DNA from: Pseudomonadota bacterium
GTDB lineage: Bacteria > Pseudomonadota > Gammaproteobacteria > Arenicellales > UBA868
Reading direction: 5' to 3'
Length of the DNA: 64,000 bases
NCBI GenBank assembly: GCA_018661145.1
Contig: JABJIU010000001.1
Location: 2,176-66,175 of the forward strand
The notes beneath the pieces are model-generated. The model saw only the letters and a program-made list of their open reading frames with translations. It had not been told where the DNA came from and ran no database searches. Shown here in pieces: positions 29,856 to 39,688 of the stretch. A program made the position numbers and the translations under genes. Numbering within the stretch: position 1 is the first letter of the stretch; every line of letters starts with the position of its first letter.

Positions 29856-31229
29856 ATGCGCCGAGGAGAATTTCGCAAATATTTCAAGTCAATGGGGCCG
29901 GTTGTTCTCCCAGTGATTCATGTTCTGGACAGCCCCCAGGCTAAACGAAATCTCGCTACAGTAGTCGATTGCGGTGCACCCGGTGCTTTTCTGATAAACC
30001 ATGATTTTGATGTTGATCAGTTTCTACCCATTATTGACGATTGCCGACGCACGTATCCGGATTTGTGGCTCGGAGTTAATTTCCTGGGGGTGAGTGGCGA
30101 AACCGCCTTTCCGATTCTTGGCCTTTTGGCGGAAAAAGGCACCGCAGTGGATGCCTACTGGGCAGATGATGCTCGGATCGATGAGCGGGTCGCGGAGCAA
30201 ACAGAAGCAGAGTCGATCACGAAGGTCAGAATATCCGGCGCTTGGGATGGTCTTTATTTCGGCGGTACTGCATTCAAGAAGCAGCGCACTGTCGAGCCGA
30301 CGAAGTATCGCGAAGCCGCTGGTATCGCGTCGAAGCATATGGACGTGGTAACCACGTCTGGCATTGCCACGGGGCACTCTGCGCAAATTCAGAAAATTCA
30401 TGACTTTCGGCAAGGCGTGGCAGACCGCCCGCTCGCAATCGCTTCAGGGATCACCCCGGAAAATGTTGGCGATTACCTGGAGCACGCGGATGCGTTTCTG
30501 GTCGCCACGGGGATCAATTACCCCGATGATTTTTATAACCTGGATCCACGGCGACTCCGCCAACTCCTTAGGAAGAGTCGACAATTCGCCGCGCGGGGAT
30601 ACCATAACGAAGAAACCGCGCTCGAGAAGAGTGGAGATGACGATTGGTACCTTAGGTGCATGGCGCCAAACGTTAAGGATCCAAAGATGGCTTGGTTGGA
30701 TCCCTCCTCAGCGTATGTGAACGCGAAAGCATTTCACGCGATGCTGGACGCTCTGTGCGAGCCGTTTGTCTCAACACAAGTCGATGTCGTTGCAGGAATT
30801 GATGCCGCGGGCTACGTGCTTGGGGCTGCTATGGCCGAGCGGCTCGGGACAGGCTTTTTGACCGTGCGCAAGGCCGGCAAGCTTCCGGTCCCTGCGGATC
30901 AGGTTTCTTTTGTGAACTACACGGAGCGTACCCAGCACATGGAGCTTCGAAAACCTGCGTTCCGAAAGGGAGCCCGCGTACTGCTGGTCGACCAATGGGT
31001 TGAAACCGGCGGCACGATGGGCGCCGCAATAGAATTGGTGGAACGCCAAGGGGGGCAGGTGGCAGGTATTGCGACGATCTGCATCGAGGAAACGCCGGCG
31101 GGGGATGCTTTGCGCGAACGCTACCTGTGCGCGACCTGCGTGAGGCCAGGGTCGGAACTACAGCGTCAATGCAATGCTAAATCTCTGGATTACTTCAAAG
31201 CCTTCAACTGGGACGCAATCCTGCCGTAA
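29856..31229 (+). CDS. Fusion protein: BtpA/SgcQ-like TIM-barrel domain + type I phosphoribosyltransferase (APRT-like) domain
   Basis: The N-terminal half (VIHVLDSP...GAFLINHDF...IASGITPENV) resembles the BtpA/SgcQ family. The C-terminal half carries VDVVAGIDAAGYVLGAA and the PRPP loop VLLVDQWVETGGT. Confidence 0.55.
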   Translation: MRRGEFRKYFKSMGPVVLPVIHVLDSPQAKRNLATVVDCGAPGAFLINHDFDVDQFLPIIDDCRRTYPDLWLGVNFLGVSGETAFPILGLLAEKGTAVDAYWADDARIDERVAEQTEAESITKVRISGAWDGLYFGGTAFKKQRTVEPTKYREAAGIASKHMDVVTTSGIATGHSAQIQKIHDFRQGVADRPLAIASGITPENVGDYLEHADAFLVATGINYPDDFYNLDPRRLRQLLRKSRQFAARGYHNEETALEKSGDDDWYLRCMAPNVKDPKMAWLDPSSAYVNAKAFHAMLDALCEPFVSTQVDVVAGIDAAGYVLGAAMAERLGTGFLTVRKAGKLPVPADQVSFVNYTERTQHMELRKPAFRKGARVLLVDQWVETGGTMGAAIELVERQGGQVAGIATICIEETPAGDALRERYLCATCVRPGSELQRQCNAKSLDYFKAFNWDAILP

Positions 31230-31253
31230 TCACACCCCTTGGAGGCTGGAGCG

Positions 31254-32465
31254 CTATTCCTCGACTGCCTTCGCGATGACCACTGTGATTTGAGTGATCT
31301 TTTCAGGCTCGAAGGGTTCGCTTAATCCCAGAAGATCACCTGGCGCTTTCTGGACGGTTCCCGAGCGTGAGATGTGTGCCCCGATCTCAAGCTCGGGGTA
31401 ACTACCAATGCTGGCGCCCGCCAGCATGAGATTCTGATCGCTCAGAACGACCTCCCGCGGCAGGGGTTGCGCTTTAAGTTTTCTGACGGCGACGGGCATG
31501 GGCGGTCCATTCGGTACTCGAGCATAGACGAACAATGTGTCTTCGGGCGTGATCGTAGATACCAAATCCGCATCTACGCTAACGAGGATGCGTAATGAAT
31601 CGGTTTGAGTCAAAGAGTCGCCCTCAAGCGCAGTTGTGGTCCTCGAGATGAGCGCGCGTACCTCGGTCAACACCTCGGGTTGATCACTGACAAGCGGAAG
31701 CAGTCGGTTGAAAATAACAAGTGCATCAGCGTAAGCCCCGCGTTGTTCGGCGGCGATGCCAGCCAGCCAGAGGCCCTGGGGGTGTCCCGGCGAGAGCATG
31801 AGCGCTTGCTGGATCAGTTCCTCAGGTTCGCCTGTCAACACGCCGTTACGGCTCATGGCGAGCGCGTCCGCCAGACGCACCAACCGCTCGGCATTGCCCG
31901 GTTGGAGAGCGACGAGCCGGCGATAGGCGGGGACGGCCTTGGCATATTCGCCGGTACTCATCAGCGAATTTCCAAGCAGGGTCCAGCCACGGATATCGTT
32001 AGGTTCATCCACAAGGCGTGCCTTTAGTTGCGCAAGCATCACGTCGACATCCGCCGGTGGGTCTTGCCCGGTTACGTCGCTTGTTGCAGGCATGCCCGGA
32101 TGCTCGGGCAGGTTTGGTGAGCCAAGAAAAATGTAAAGGCCCAGCGCTAGGATGGGCAGTACTGCACTGACCGCCACAGCAAGGACAGGAGAGGTGGCTT
32201 TGTCGGGGGTCGCATGGGGCTCGCCTTCGAGATCGATCGCAAGCCCGTGCTCAAGTTCCCTGCGCGCAGCATCGAACTCTGAATCGCTCAATATGCCTTC
32301 ATCAAGTTCCTTGCGAAGTTCGCGCTCGCGTTCCCGGGCAATTGCAACATTAACCTGAGTACGTTCGATATCCCCGGGTCGCGATACTCGAAGCAGCGCC
32401 GGCATCACGATACCCACCGCCAGCAGCGCCAGTATCGAAGCCGTCAGCCAGAGCAGTATGGACAT
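31254..32465 (-). CDS. ccmI: Cytochrome c maturation protein CcmI (TPR)
   Basis: N-terminal TM plus a charged helix (ARERERELRKELDEGILSDSEFDAARRELE), a second TM and TPR repeats. It follows ccmH directly. Confidence 0.75.
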   Translation of the reverse strand: MSILLWLTASILALLAVGIVMPALLRVSRPGDIERTQVNVAIARERERELRKELDEGILSDSEFDAARRELEHGLAIDLEGEPHATPDKATSPVLAVAVSAVLPILALGLYIFLGSPNLPEHPGMPATSDVTGQDPPADVDVMLAQLKARLVDEPNDIRGWTLLGNSLMSTGEYAKAVPAYRRLVALQPGNAERLVRLADALAMSRNGVLTGEPEELIQQALMLSPGHPQGLWLAGIAAEQRGAYADALVIFNRLLPLVSDQPEVLTEVRALISRTTTALEGDSLTQTDSLRILVSVDADLVSTITPEDTLFVYARVPNGPPMPVAVRKLKAQPLPREVVLSDQNLMLAGASIGSYPELEIGAHISRSGTVQKAPGDLLGLSEPFEPEKITQITVVIAKAVEE

Positions 32466-32951
32466 CTACGGGTTCTCGTCGAGAAAGCGCGCGGCCGTCT
32501 CACGCCGTGCCTCGCTCATCACCTGGGGTGCCCGGCTTTTTCGAACTGTAAAGAAAAAGATTCCAAGAGCGATCAACAGGATCGCAAACGGACCGAGCCA
32601 AAGAAGTATCGTGCGTAGCCGCAAAGGCGGCCGATACAGTACGAAATCGCCATAGCGAGCAATCATGAAGTCAACAATTTGTTTATCGGTGGCGCCCCGA
32701 TTGATCATTTGGAAGGTACGGGCCCGTAGATCTTTTGCGAGATCGGCATTTGAGTCAGCCAGGTTCTGGTTTTGGCATACCAGACAGCGAAGTTGGGCAA
32801 TCATGTCGTGGTAGCGGGACTCGTGGACAGGTTCGGAGAACTCATAGGTCTCTATCGCTGCCGGGGCAGGAGAGGACAAGCCGAGTGCCACAATGACCCC
32901 AACCAGAAAAGGCCGTGGCCCACCGACAAATAGGGCTTTAAAAGGTTGCAT
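32466..32951 (-). CDS. ccmH: Cytochrome c maturation protein CcmH
   Basis: LRCLVCQNQNLADSNA motif (CxxC). ATG at 32951 overlaps the ccmF 3' end by 14 nt. Confidence 0.85.
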   Translation of the reverse strand: MQPFKALFVGGPRPFLVGVIVALGLSSPAPAAIETYEFSEPVHESRYHDMIAQLRCLVCQNQNLADSNADLAKDLRARTFQMINRGATDKQIVDFMIARYGDFVLYRPPLRLRTILLWLGPFAILLIALGIFFFTVRKSRAPQVMSEARRETAARFLDENP

Positions 32952-34914
32952 GAGAGGCGTCGGAAACGGCCCGGTTCGCGGCTTCACGGGTAAATTTGCG
33001 GTAGCGCCGATCGGAAGCGGAGAGCAGTCCGCCAAATGCCATGATCAGGGCGCCAAGCCAGATCCAACGTACATAGGGCTTAAGGTATAGACGAACCGCC
33101 CAACTGCCCCCGTCGTCGAGCGGTTCCCCAAGGGCAACGTAGAGGTCCCGCGTTAGGCCCGCATCAATAGCTGCCTCGGTCATGGGCATCTGCTGTACGA
33201 GATAAGTTCTTTTTTCAGGATTAAGAGTGGCCGCCAATCGGCCACTCTTAATCACGGTGATGGTTCCCGTTTCGGATAAATAGTTGGGTCCCCGGTGCTG
33301 GTCAATGCCGTCAAACCGAAAGGTGAAGCCACCAGTTGTGTAGGTATCACCTGGCGCCATCCGCAGATCCTTTTCGACAGAATAGGTCGAGGTGAAGGTA
33401 ATGCCAATAACAAAGACCCCAAGCCCGATATGCGCAAGACTCATACCGAAGACGGCGCGCGGAGTTTGAGCAAGATCCCGCCTTCGTTGGCCGACCCGGG
33501 TCCGCTGCCAAATTCCGCTTAGCACCGCGAAGATAGTCCAGAGTCCGAGGATCCCGCCGAATACTGCGACCCATTGATAGCTGTCAAAAAACACTGGCCA
33601 GAGCAGGCCAAGTAGTACCGCAAGCGCAAACGGCAGACCCAGGGGTTGGACCAGTCTTCCCAGTCGATCTTTTTTCCACCTCAGCATTGATCCAACGCCC
33701 ACGAGAGCGGCGAGGGGTGCGGTTAAGGGGATGAATACCGAATTGAAGTAAGGCGGGCCGACTGAGATCTTGCCGAGCCCCAGCGCGTCGATCATTAGCG
33801 GGTATAGGGTACCAAGCAGCACGGTTGCGGCGGCGACCACCAGAAGGACGTTATTCAGTAAAAGCCCGGCTTCTCTGGAGACCAGGTTGAAACCACCACT
33901 GCTTTTGACGGCCGGAGCGCGCCAGGCGTAAAGCGCCAAAGAGCCGCCGACCACCACTGCGAGAAAGATTAGGATAAAAAGTCCCCGCGCAGGATCAGTG
34001 GCAAAGGCGTGCACCGACGTCAGGACACCCGAGCGGACCAGAAAGGTTCCGAGCAGTGACAGCGAAAACGCAAATACCGCGAGGAGTACCGTCCAGGCCT
34101 TGAAGACTCCGCGTTTTTCCGTCGCGGCAAGCGAGTGAATCAGTGCAGTCCCGACCATCCACGGCATAAAGGAAGCATTTTCGACCGGATCCCAGAACCA
34201 CCAACCACCCCAGCCGAGTTCGTAATAGGCCCACCAACTGCCAAGCGCGATACCTGCTGTGAGGAAGATCCATGCGGCCAGAGTCCAGGGACGTGACCAA
34301 CGCGCCCAGGCAGAATCAAGGCGTCCTCCCAAAAGCGCGGCGATGGCGAAGGCGAAAGCGACTGAGAAGCCCACATATCCCATGTAGAGCATCGGTGGGT
34401 GAATGGCGAGCCCCGGATCCTGAAGCAGAGGGTTAAGGTCGCGGCCATCCAGCGGTGCTGGGAATTGGCGTTCGAATGGATTGGACGTAAAAAGAATGAA
34501 TAGTAGAAAGCCCACGCTCACGATACCCATAACGCCGAGTACCCGGGCGACCATCCGGTCGGGGACGCTCTTGCTGAACCAGGCAACGGCTGCAGTCCAA
34601 AGCGCCAGCGTCAGCGCCCAAAGCAGGAGCGATCCCTCATGAGCGCCCCACACTCCCGAGATGAGATAGATCAGAGGCAGGCGTGAGTTGGAATTCTGCG
34701 CCACATAAACGACACTGAAATCGTGGGACAGGAACGCTGCGGTTAGGCAGCCATAGGAGATGGCTACAAAAAGAAGCTGTGCGAAGGCCGCGGGCCGCGC
34801 TACGCCAATCCATGAAGGATTGTTTCGGGTTGCCCCAGCAATGGGAATGGCACTTTGAAGAACCGCAATCAACAAGGCCAGAATCAGCGCAAAAAGACCA
34901 ATCTCCGGGATCAT
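32938..34914 (-). CDS. ccmF: Cytochrome c haem lyase subunit CcmF
   Basis: 658 aa and polytopic, with a [12 protein letters not shown] tryptophan-rich motif. Confidence 0.9.
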   Translation of the reverse strand: MIPEIGLFALILALLIAVLQSAIPIAGATRNNPSWIGVARPAAFAQLLFVAISYGCLTAAFLSHDFSVVYVAQNSNSRLPLIYLISGVWGAHEGSLLLWALTLALWTAAVAWFSKSVPDRMVARVLGVMGIVSVGFLLFILFTSNPFERQFPAPLDGRDLNPLLQDPGLAIHPPMLYMGYVGFSVAFAFAIAALLGGRLDSAWARWSRPWTLAAWIFLTAGIALGSWWAYYELGWGGWWFWDPVENASFMPWMVGTALIHSLAATEKRGVFKAWTVLLAVFAFSLSLLGTFLVRSGVLTSVHAFATDPARGLFILIFLAVVVGGSLALYAWRAPAVKSSGGFNLVSREAGLLLNNVLLVVAAATVLLGTLYPLMIDALGLGKISVGPPYFNSVFIPLTAPLAALVGVGSMLRWKKDRLGRLVQPLGLPFALAVLLGLLWPVFFDSYQWVAVFGGILGLWTIFAVLSGIWQRTRVGQRRRDLAQTPRAVFGMSLAHIGLGVFVIGITFTSTYSVEKDLRMAPGDTYTTGGFTFRFDGIDQHRGPNYLSETGTITVIKSGRLAATLNPEKRTYLVQQMPMTEAAIDAGLTRDLYVALGEPLDDGGSWAVRLYLKPYVRWIWLGALIMAFGGLLSASDRRYRKFTREAANRAVSDASHATF

Positions 34915-35351
34915 TGAACCCCCATAGCTTTGGCTTTCTCTAGGGCTTCTGTGACCTCGGGCGGCATATAGGTTTCGTCGTGTTTGGCGAGCACTTGGGT
35001 CGCATTGAAAAGCCCGTCTGTTCGGAGACTGCCTTGCGCGACGATGCCCTGACCCTCCCGGAAGAGATCAGGGAGTATCCCGGTATAAGCAACCGCAACT
35101 GATTTGGCGGTATCGGTGAGCTCAAATTGAATCTCAAGGCTTCCGTCGCTGCGCCGCACACTGCCCTCAACGACCATGCCGCCCAGGCGAAACGGGGTAT
35201 TAGCAGGCGCCTCGCCGGCGACTACCTGGGAAGGGCTGAAGAAGAGATTAATGTTTTCCTGCAGGGCGAGCAGGGCAAGACCTACCGCTACGGTAACGCC
35301 CGCAACCAGTAGACCAACTAAGAGAAGTCTTTGCCGCCGTCTGGGCTTCAT
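34911..35351 (-). CDS. ccmE: Haem chaperone CcmE
   Basis: N-terminal anchor, [11 protein letters not shown], and C-terminal [14 protein letters not shown] (haem-binding His). Confidence 0.9.
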   Translation of the reverse strand: MKPRRRQRLLLVGLLVAGVTVAVGLALLALQENINLFFSPSQVVAGEAPANTPFRLGGMVVEGSVRRSDGSLEIQFELTDTAKSVAVAYTGILPDLFREGQGIVAQGSLRTDGLFNATQVLAKHDETYMPPEVTEALEKAKAMGVQ

Positions 35352-35518
35352 TTCGGGCGTTGGGTATTCCGCTGGGCGGTGACGGCGGAAAGCTCTCGGA
35401 TCATCCGAGTCCGTCGGCGAAGTGGCCCGACGAGTGTAACGACTAGCGCCGCGGCAGTCACGAGATATGCGGGCCAGACATACATCGCGTAGCCTCCCAT
35501 TTGGAAAAACTCACTCAT
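35348..35518 (-). CDS. ccmD: Haem exporter protein CcmD
   Basis: 56 aa. [12 protein letters not shown] motif. ATGA overlaps with both ccmC and ccmE. Confidence 0.75.
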   Translation of the reverse strand: MSEFFQMGGYAMYVWPAYLVTAAALVVTLVGPLRRRTRMIRELSAVTAQRNTQRPK

Positions 35519-36282
35519 GATGACCTCTGGGTGACTAGCGCGTTGACCCACGCGGTGCGGCGTTCACTTTCTAGAATCTCCACACGCACCCGAGTCAGCA
35601 CGACGCAAAGGTAGTGAAACTTGAAGGCACCGGCCATGAGTAGGAGGGGAATCAGCATGCTAAGTGCGATCGACGGTTGATCGAACTTCGTCACCGTTGG
35701 ACCCTGGTGGAGTGTGTTCCACCATTCGACCGAAAAATGGATGATCGGCAGATTGACGACACCAACAATTGCGAGTACTGCGCCCGCCCGGGAGGCGGTA
35801 CGCCGATCATCAATGGCGGCGACCAGCGCCATATAGCCAAGGTATAAAAAGAGGAGAATCAATTCTGAGGTCAGTCTCGCATCCCACACCCACCAGGCTC
35901 CCCACATGGGTTTACCCCAGAGCGATCCTGTAACCAACGCGAGAAAGGTATAGGCAGCTCCGACTGGGGCGCTTGCACGCGCTACCGCCTCGGCGAGTTT
36001 CATACGCCAAATAAGACTGACCGCACTGGCCCCGGCGAGAACCGAATAGGCGAACATCGACATCCATGCTGACGGGACGTGGATATAAATGATCCGGTAA
36101 CTTTCTCCCTGCTGATAATCTGTGGGTGCAAGCACCAATCCCCAATAGAGTCCAGCCGCGAATAGCATGCCGCAGATGGTGAGGGCATATGGCAGAAGTG
36201 TCCCCGCAAGACGATAAAGTCTCGGGGGGGAGCCGAGTCGATGAAAACGAGTCAGCCAAGTGTCGGGATTGTTGCTCATCAC
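35515..36282 (-). CDS. ccmC: Haem exporter protein CcmC
   Basis: WGKPMWGAWWVWDARLTSE tryptophan-rich motif. Six TM segments. Confidence 0.9.
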   Translation of the reverse strand: MMSNNPDTWLTRFHRLGSPPRLYRLAGTLLPYALTICGMLFAAGLYWGLVLAPTDYQQGESYRIIYIHVPSAWMSMFAYSVLAGASAVSLIWRMKLAEAVARASAPVGAAYTFLALVTGSLWGKPMWGAWWVWDARLTSELILLFLYLGYMALVAAIDDRRTASRAGAVLAIVGVVNLPIIHFSVEWWNTLHQGPTVTKFDQPSIALSMLIPLLLMAGAFKFHYLCVVLTRVRVEILESERRTAWVNALVTQRSS

Positions 36283-36557
36283 CGTATGATTATCTCAGGG
36301 CGCAGTCCAGCGGCAGGGACGCTTTTTGCATTAGGCAAGGCTCTTTTCTTGCAGAAAAAAGCGGATGAAAGAGGCCATTGCGAGAAGGAGATTGTAATCG
36401 ACAGACTGTCAGGGCGTCATGCACTTGAGACACCAGCCCAGGCCGCGTGAAGTTCACGAGAACTGTCATGTACAATTTTGATTTAACAGAATCCCGTATG
36501 TGAGCGCCATGAACAGCAAGCAATGTAACCCTTGTTGGGAATAATCGTCAGCGGCCA

Positions 36558-37181
36558 ATGAACATCTTGAGCTTTCGGGATCTTGATGAAGTGGCCGAGA
36601 GCCTCGGTCAGCTTTCGGAGGAACCCGCGATAGCGCTCACCTGCGCTTCAAATGAGCTCTGTCGCGAGCTTTCTCAGCTTGCCGATCAACTTCAGTACCG
36701 GGATGCACGGCCGGTCACCGGACCGGACAAGGCGCCCGTGTACCAGGATTTCGAACTCGATTACGAAATTCCTCAGGAACATTACTTCTGGGAAATTGCC
36801 TCTGAGTTGCAAAGCGTATTCAAGCCGCTGCTCGAGGAGTATCAGATTGCCGGCGATGACAGCGACGATTTCAGGTTGAATGATCTGATTGTGCAGCGTT
36901 ATCCGCCTGGCTGCGCGGGAATTAGCCCGCATCGGGACCATATTGAATACCGTGTGGTAATTTTGATTCTGCTGTTGAGCGGTGATGGTGAGTTCAGAAT
37001 TCACCCGGACCGTGATGAAAAAACTGGCGAGATTATTGACTTTCGCCCGGGCCAGTTACTCATGATGGGCGCGCCGGGTCTTTCACCGGGGTTTGTCCGG
37101 CCGTTTCATTCTGTGAGAAACGTTAGCACTGCGCGCCGGACGATCGGAATACGCTATGACCGCCGGCGTCCTCATTTTTGA
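36558..37181 (+). CDS. Hypothetical protein, possible 2OG-Fe(II) oxygenase fold
   Basis: HRD (HxD) in ISPHRDH plus a distal His (PFHSVRN) and Arg (RRTIGIRY), spaced like the jelly-roll dioxygenase facial triad. Confidence 0.4.
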   Translation: MNILSFRDLDEVAESLGQLSEEPAIALTCASNELCRELSQLADQLQYRDARPVTGPDKAPVYQDFELDYEIPQEHYFWEIASELQSVFKPLLEEYQIAGDDSDDFRLNDLIVQRYPPGCAGISPHRDHIEYRVVILILLLSGDGEFRIHPDRDEKTGEIIDFRPGQLLMMGAPGLSPGFVRPFHSVRNVSTARRTIGIRYDRRRPHF

Positions 37182-37309
37182 ATCAACTAGATCAAATTTA
37201 TAAAATAGAAAGGCGGGAGCAGGCACAAGAATTTAATATTTAAGATCCTTAGATTCTTTTTAGGGCTCATGGAGATATCGTATGTGGATAAAAAAAAGAT
37301 ATAGGTAGC

Positions 37310-37663
37310 TTGGTGACAGGCATTTCGCTTGCCTGTTTTTGCTCATTGCCGGTTCAGGCAGGAGAACTGCCTAACTCACTGCCGGACAAAGATACAAAGT
37401 ATTCTCCTTTTGTTGATGTGGATTATCCCAATCAGGTGTTTTTCGGCGATACCCATTGCCATACCAGTTTCTCGACGGACGCAGGCATGCTTGGAAATAA
37501 ACTGGGGCCGGACAATGCCTACCTTTTTGCCAAGGGTGAAGCGGTCATTTCCAGTAACGGTGTTCGAGCGCGCGTACACCTCACCGATCTGGTACAACCC
37601 GTAATCGGGGTCGATCCTGATCAGGGACCGGGACGCGAAAAGTTATCCGATCCCGGACCCTGA
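37310..37663 (+). pseudogene. N-terminal remnant of a DUF3604-family gene
   Basis: Signal peptide followed by YPNQVFFGDTHCHTSFSTDAGMLGN...DNAYLFAKGE, typical of the N-terminus of roughly 600-aa DUF3604 proteins. The ORF stops after 117 aa, and only about 145 nt remain before the next gene. Confidence 0.5.
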
Positions 37664-37807
37664 CTTTTTGAGGCGGGTCAATAAGGGTGCTCAATGACGG
37701 GATTTTCCCGATGTCATCTGCCCTGCCATTTTTGCCACCCCATCTCACCAAGGGGTCAATCATTGTCTTTCCGTAGGCCAATCTGAGATCAGGTAACATG
37801 ACGGCCT

Positions 37808-39454
37808 ATGCCTGAATATCAAATACCGAAAACACCTTCTGCCTACGAGTTTCCGCTGCTTATCCGGCATCTGCTCTCAAGGCTTTCAGCCCAGCACACG
37901 GAACAGCAGATTGTCTATGCCGATGGGCAGCGGTTCAGTTATGGGGACTTTTTCGAACGCGTTCAGCGGCTTGCCAACGGCCTAAGAAGTTTCGGCATTG
38001 GGCCGGGTGACACCGTCGCGGTGATGGATTGGGACAGTCATCGCTACCTGGAATGCTTCTTTGCGGTACCGATGATTGGTGCGGTGCTGCATACGATAAA
38101 CATCCGTCTGGCGCCGGGGGAGATGCTCTACACCATTAACCACGCCCGCGATACGGCGCTCTTGGTGCACGATGATTTTGTGCCGCTTCTGGAGGGTTTT
38201 AAAGGTAAAACGCCAACCGTCAAGAGAACGCTACGCCTTTCCGATCAGCCAAGTGATGTGGGTGGCGGGTCAAACCAGGCTGAATTCGATGACGAATATG
38301 AACACTTGCTTAGCCGGGCATCTGTAGAGGTTAACGTCCCCGATTTTGACGAGAACGTTCGGGCGACGACCTTCTATACGACTGGGACCACGGGGAATCC
38401 AAAAGGGGTGTATTTCAGCCAGCGCCAGATTGTCCTACACACTCTTGGTGTGGCCGTAGCCCTCTCCAGCGCAGCAGAGCAGGGCCGGGTTCATGTCGAT
38501 GATGTCTATATGCCGATTACTCCCATGTTTCATGTTCACGCTTGGGGGTTACCTTATGTGGCGACCATGCTGGGTCTGAAGCAGGTTTACCCGGGCCGAT
38601 ACGAACCTGCGAAATTACTGTCTCTGATCGAGAATGAGAAAGTAACGTTCTCGCACTGTGTGCCGACTATCCTGCACATGCTGTTGAGTGACCCAGCGGC
38701 CGAGGCGATCGATCTTTCTAACTGGAAAGTGATTATTGGTGGGTCAGCGCTCCCTCCCGCGCTCGCCCGGCGTGCTCGAGATCTTGGCATCGATGTCTTC
38801 GGTGGTTACGGCATGTCTGAAACCGCTCCGGTACTGACACTGGCTCAACTGAATTCAGACGCTGTGTCCGCCGATGATCCTGACAGGCTGGAAATCCGTT
38901 GCAAGGCAGGAAGACCGATTCCGCTGGTTGATCTGAAAGTAGTGGATTCTGAGTTGAATGAAGTGCCTCGCGATGGCTTAAGCACGGGCGAGGTCGTAGT
39001 ACGGGCACCCTGGCTCACGCAGGGCTATCTCGAAGACCCCGAGCGCTCGGAGGAGCTCTGGCAGGGCGGTTTTCTACACACCAGCGATATTGGCCACGTG
39101 GACGAGGCAGGCTACTTAAAGATCACAGATCGACTTAAAGACGTTATTAAGAGCGGGGGCGAGTGGATCTCGTCACTCGAGCTCGAAGATATTGCACTTA
39201 CCTGTGACGGAGTGAGCGAGGCTGCGGCGATTGGCATTGCCGATGAGAAGTGGGGCGAAAGGCCTCTACTACTCTTGGTGGCGACAGAGGATGCGTCCAG
39301 TCTTGACTCAGTGCGCGTTGAGTTTCAACGCCAGGCGAAAATCGGGACGATCAGTGAATGGGCAGTTCCCCAGCGCATTGAACTCGTGTCGGAAATTCCC
39401 AAGACCAGTGTGGGTAAAATTGACAAGAAAAAACTGCGGGAGCAATATGGGTAA
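37808..39454 (+). CDS. AMP-dependent acyl-CoA synthetase / fatty-acid--CoA ligase
   Basis: AMP-binding signature YTTGTTGNPKGV, GYGMSET, and C-terminal IPKTSVGKIDKKKLR. Confidence 0.8.
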   Translation: MPEYQIPKTPSAYEFPLLIRHLLSRLSAQHTEQQIVYADGQRFSYGDFFERVQRLANGLRSFGIGPGDTVAVMDWDSHRYLECFFAVPMIGAVLHTINIRLAPGEMLYTINHARDTALLVHDDFVPLLEGFKGKTPTVKRTLRLSDQPSDVGGGSNQAEFDDEYEHLLSRASVEVNVPDFDENVRATTFYTTGTTGNPKGVYFSQRQIVLHTLGVAVALSSAAEQGRVHVDDVYMPITPMFHVHAWGLPYVATMLGLKQVYPGRYEPAKLLSLIENEKVTFSHCVPTILHMLLSDPAAEAIDLSNWKVIIGGSALPPALARRARDLGIDVFGGYGMSETAPVLTLAQLNSDAVSADDPDRLEIRCKAGRPIPLVDLKVVDSELNEVPRDGLSTGEVVVRAPWLTQGYLEDPERSEELWQGGFLHTSDIGHVDEAGYLKITDRLKDVIKSGGEWISSLELEDIALTCDGVSEAAAIGIADEKWGERPLLLLVATEDASSLDSVRVEFQRQAKIGTISEWAVPQRIELVSEIPKTSVGKIDKKKLREQYG

Positions 39455-39661
39455 TTGCCTTCATGGATTGATTGCACCTTGCCCGACTCAGGGGTAGACT
39501 GGAAGTCCTTTCAGCCGATAAATAAGGGGGTGATCCAATGTCTAGTGATTCAGGAATCGTCGCAGTGAGCTTTGGTGTCTACATGGAGCTTGGGAGCATC
39601 CTCTCGTAGTTTCATCGATACCCTGTCCGGTGACAGTGCTTACTGTGGCAGCCAATCACGA

Positions 39662-39684
39662 CGCCCCGCTCAGCGGGGCGTTTT
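39662..39684 (+). terminator. Rho-independent terminator
   Basis: cgccccgc-tca-gcggggcg (8-bp GC stem) followed by TTTT. It sits between convergent genes. Confidence 0.6.
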
Positions 39685-39688
39685 GGTT

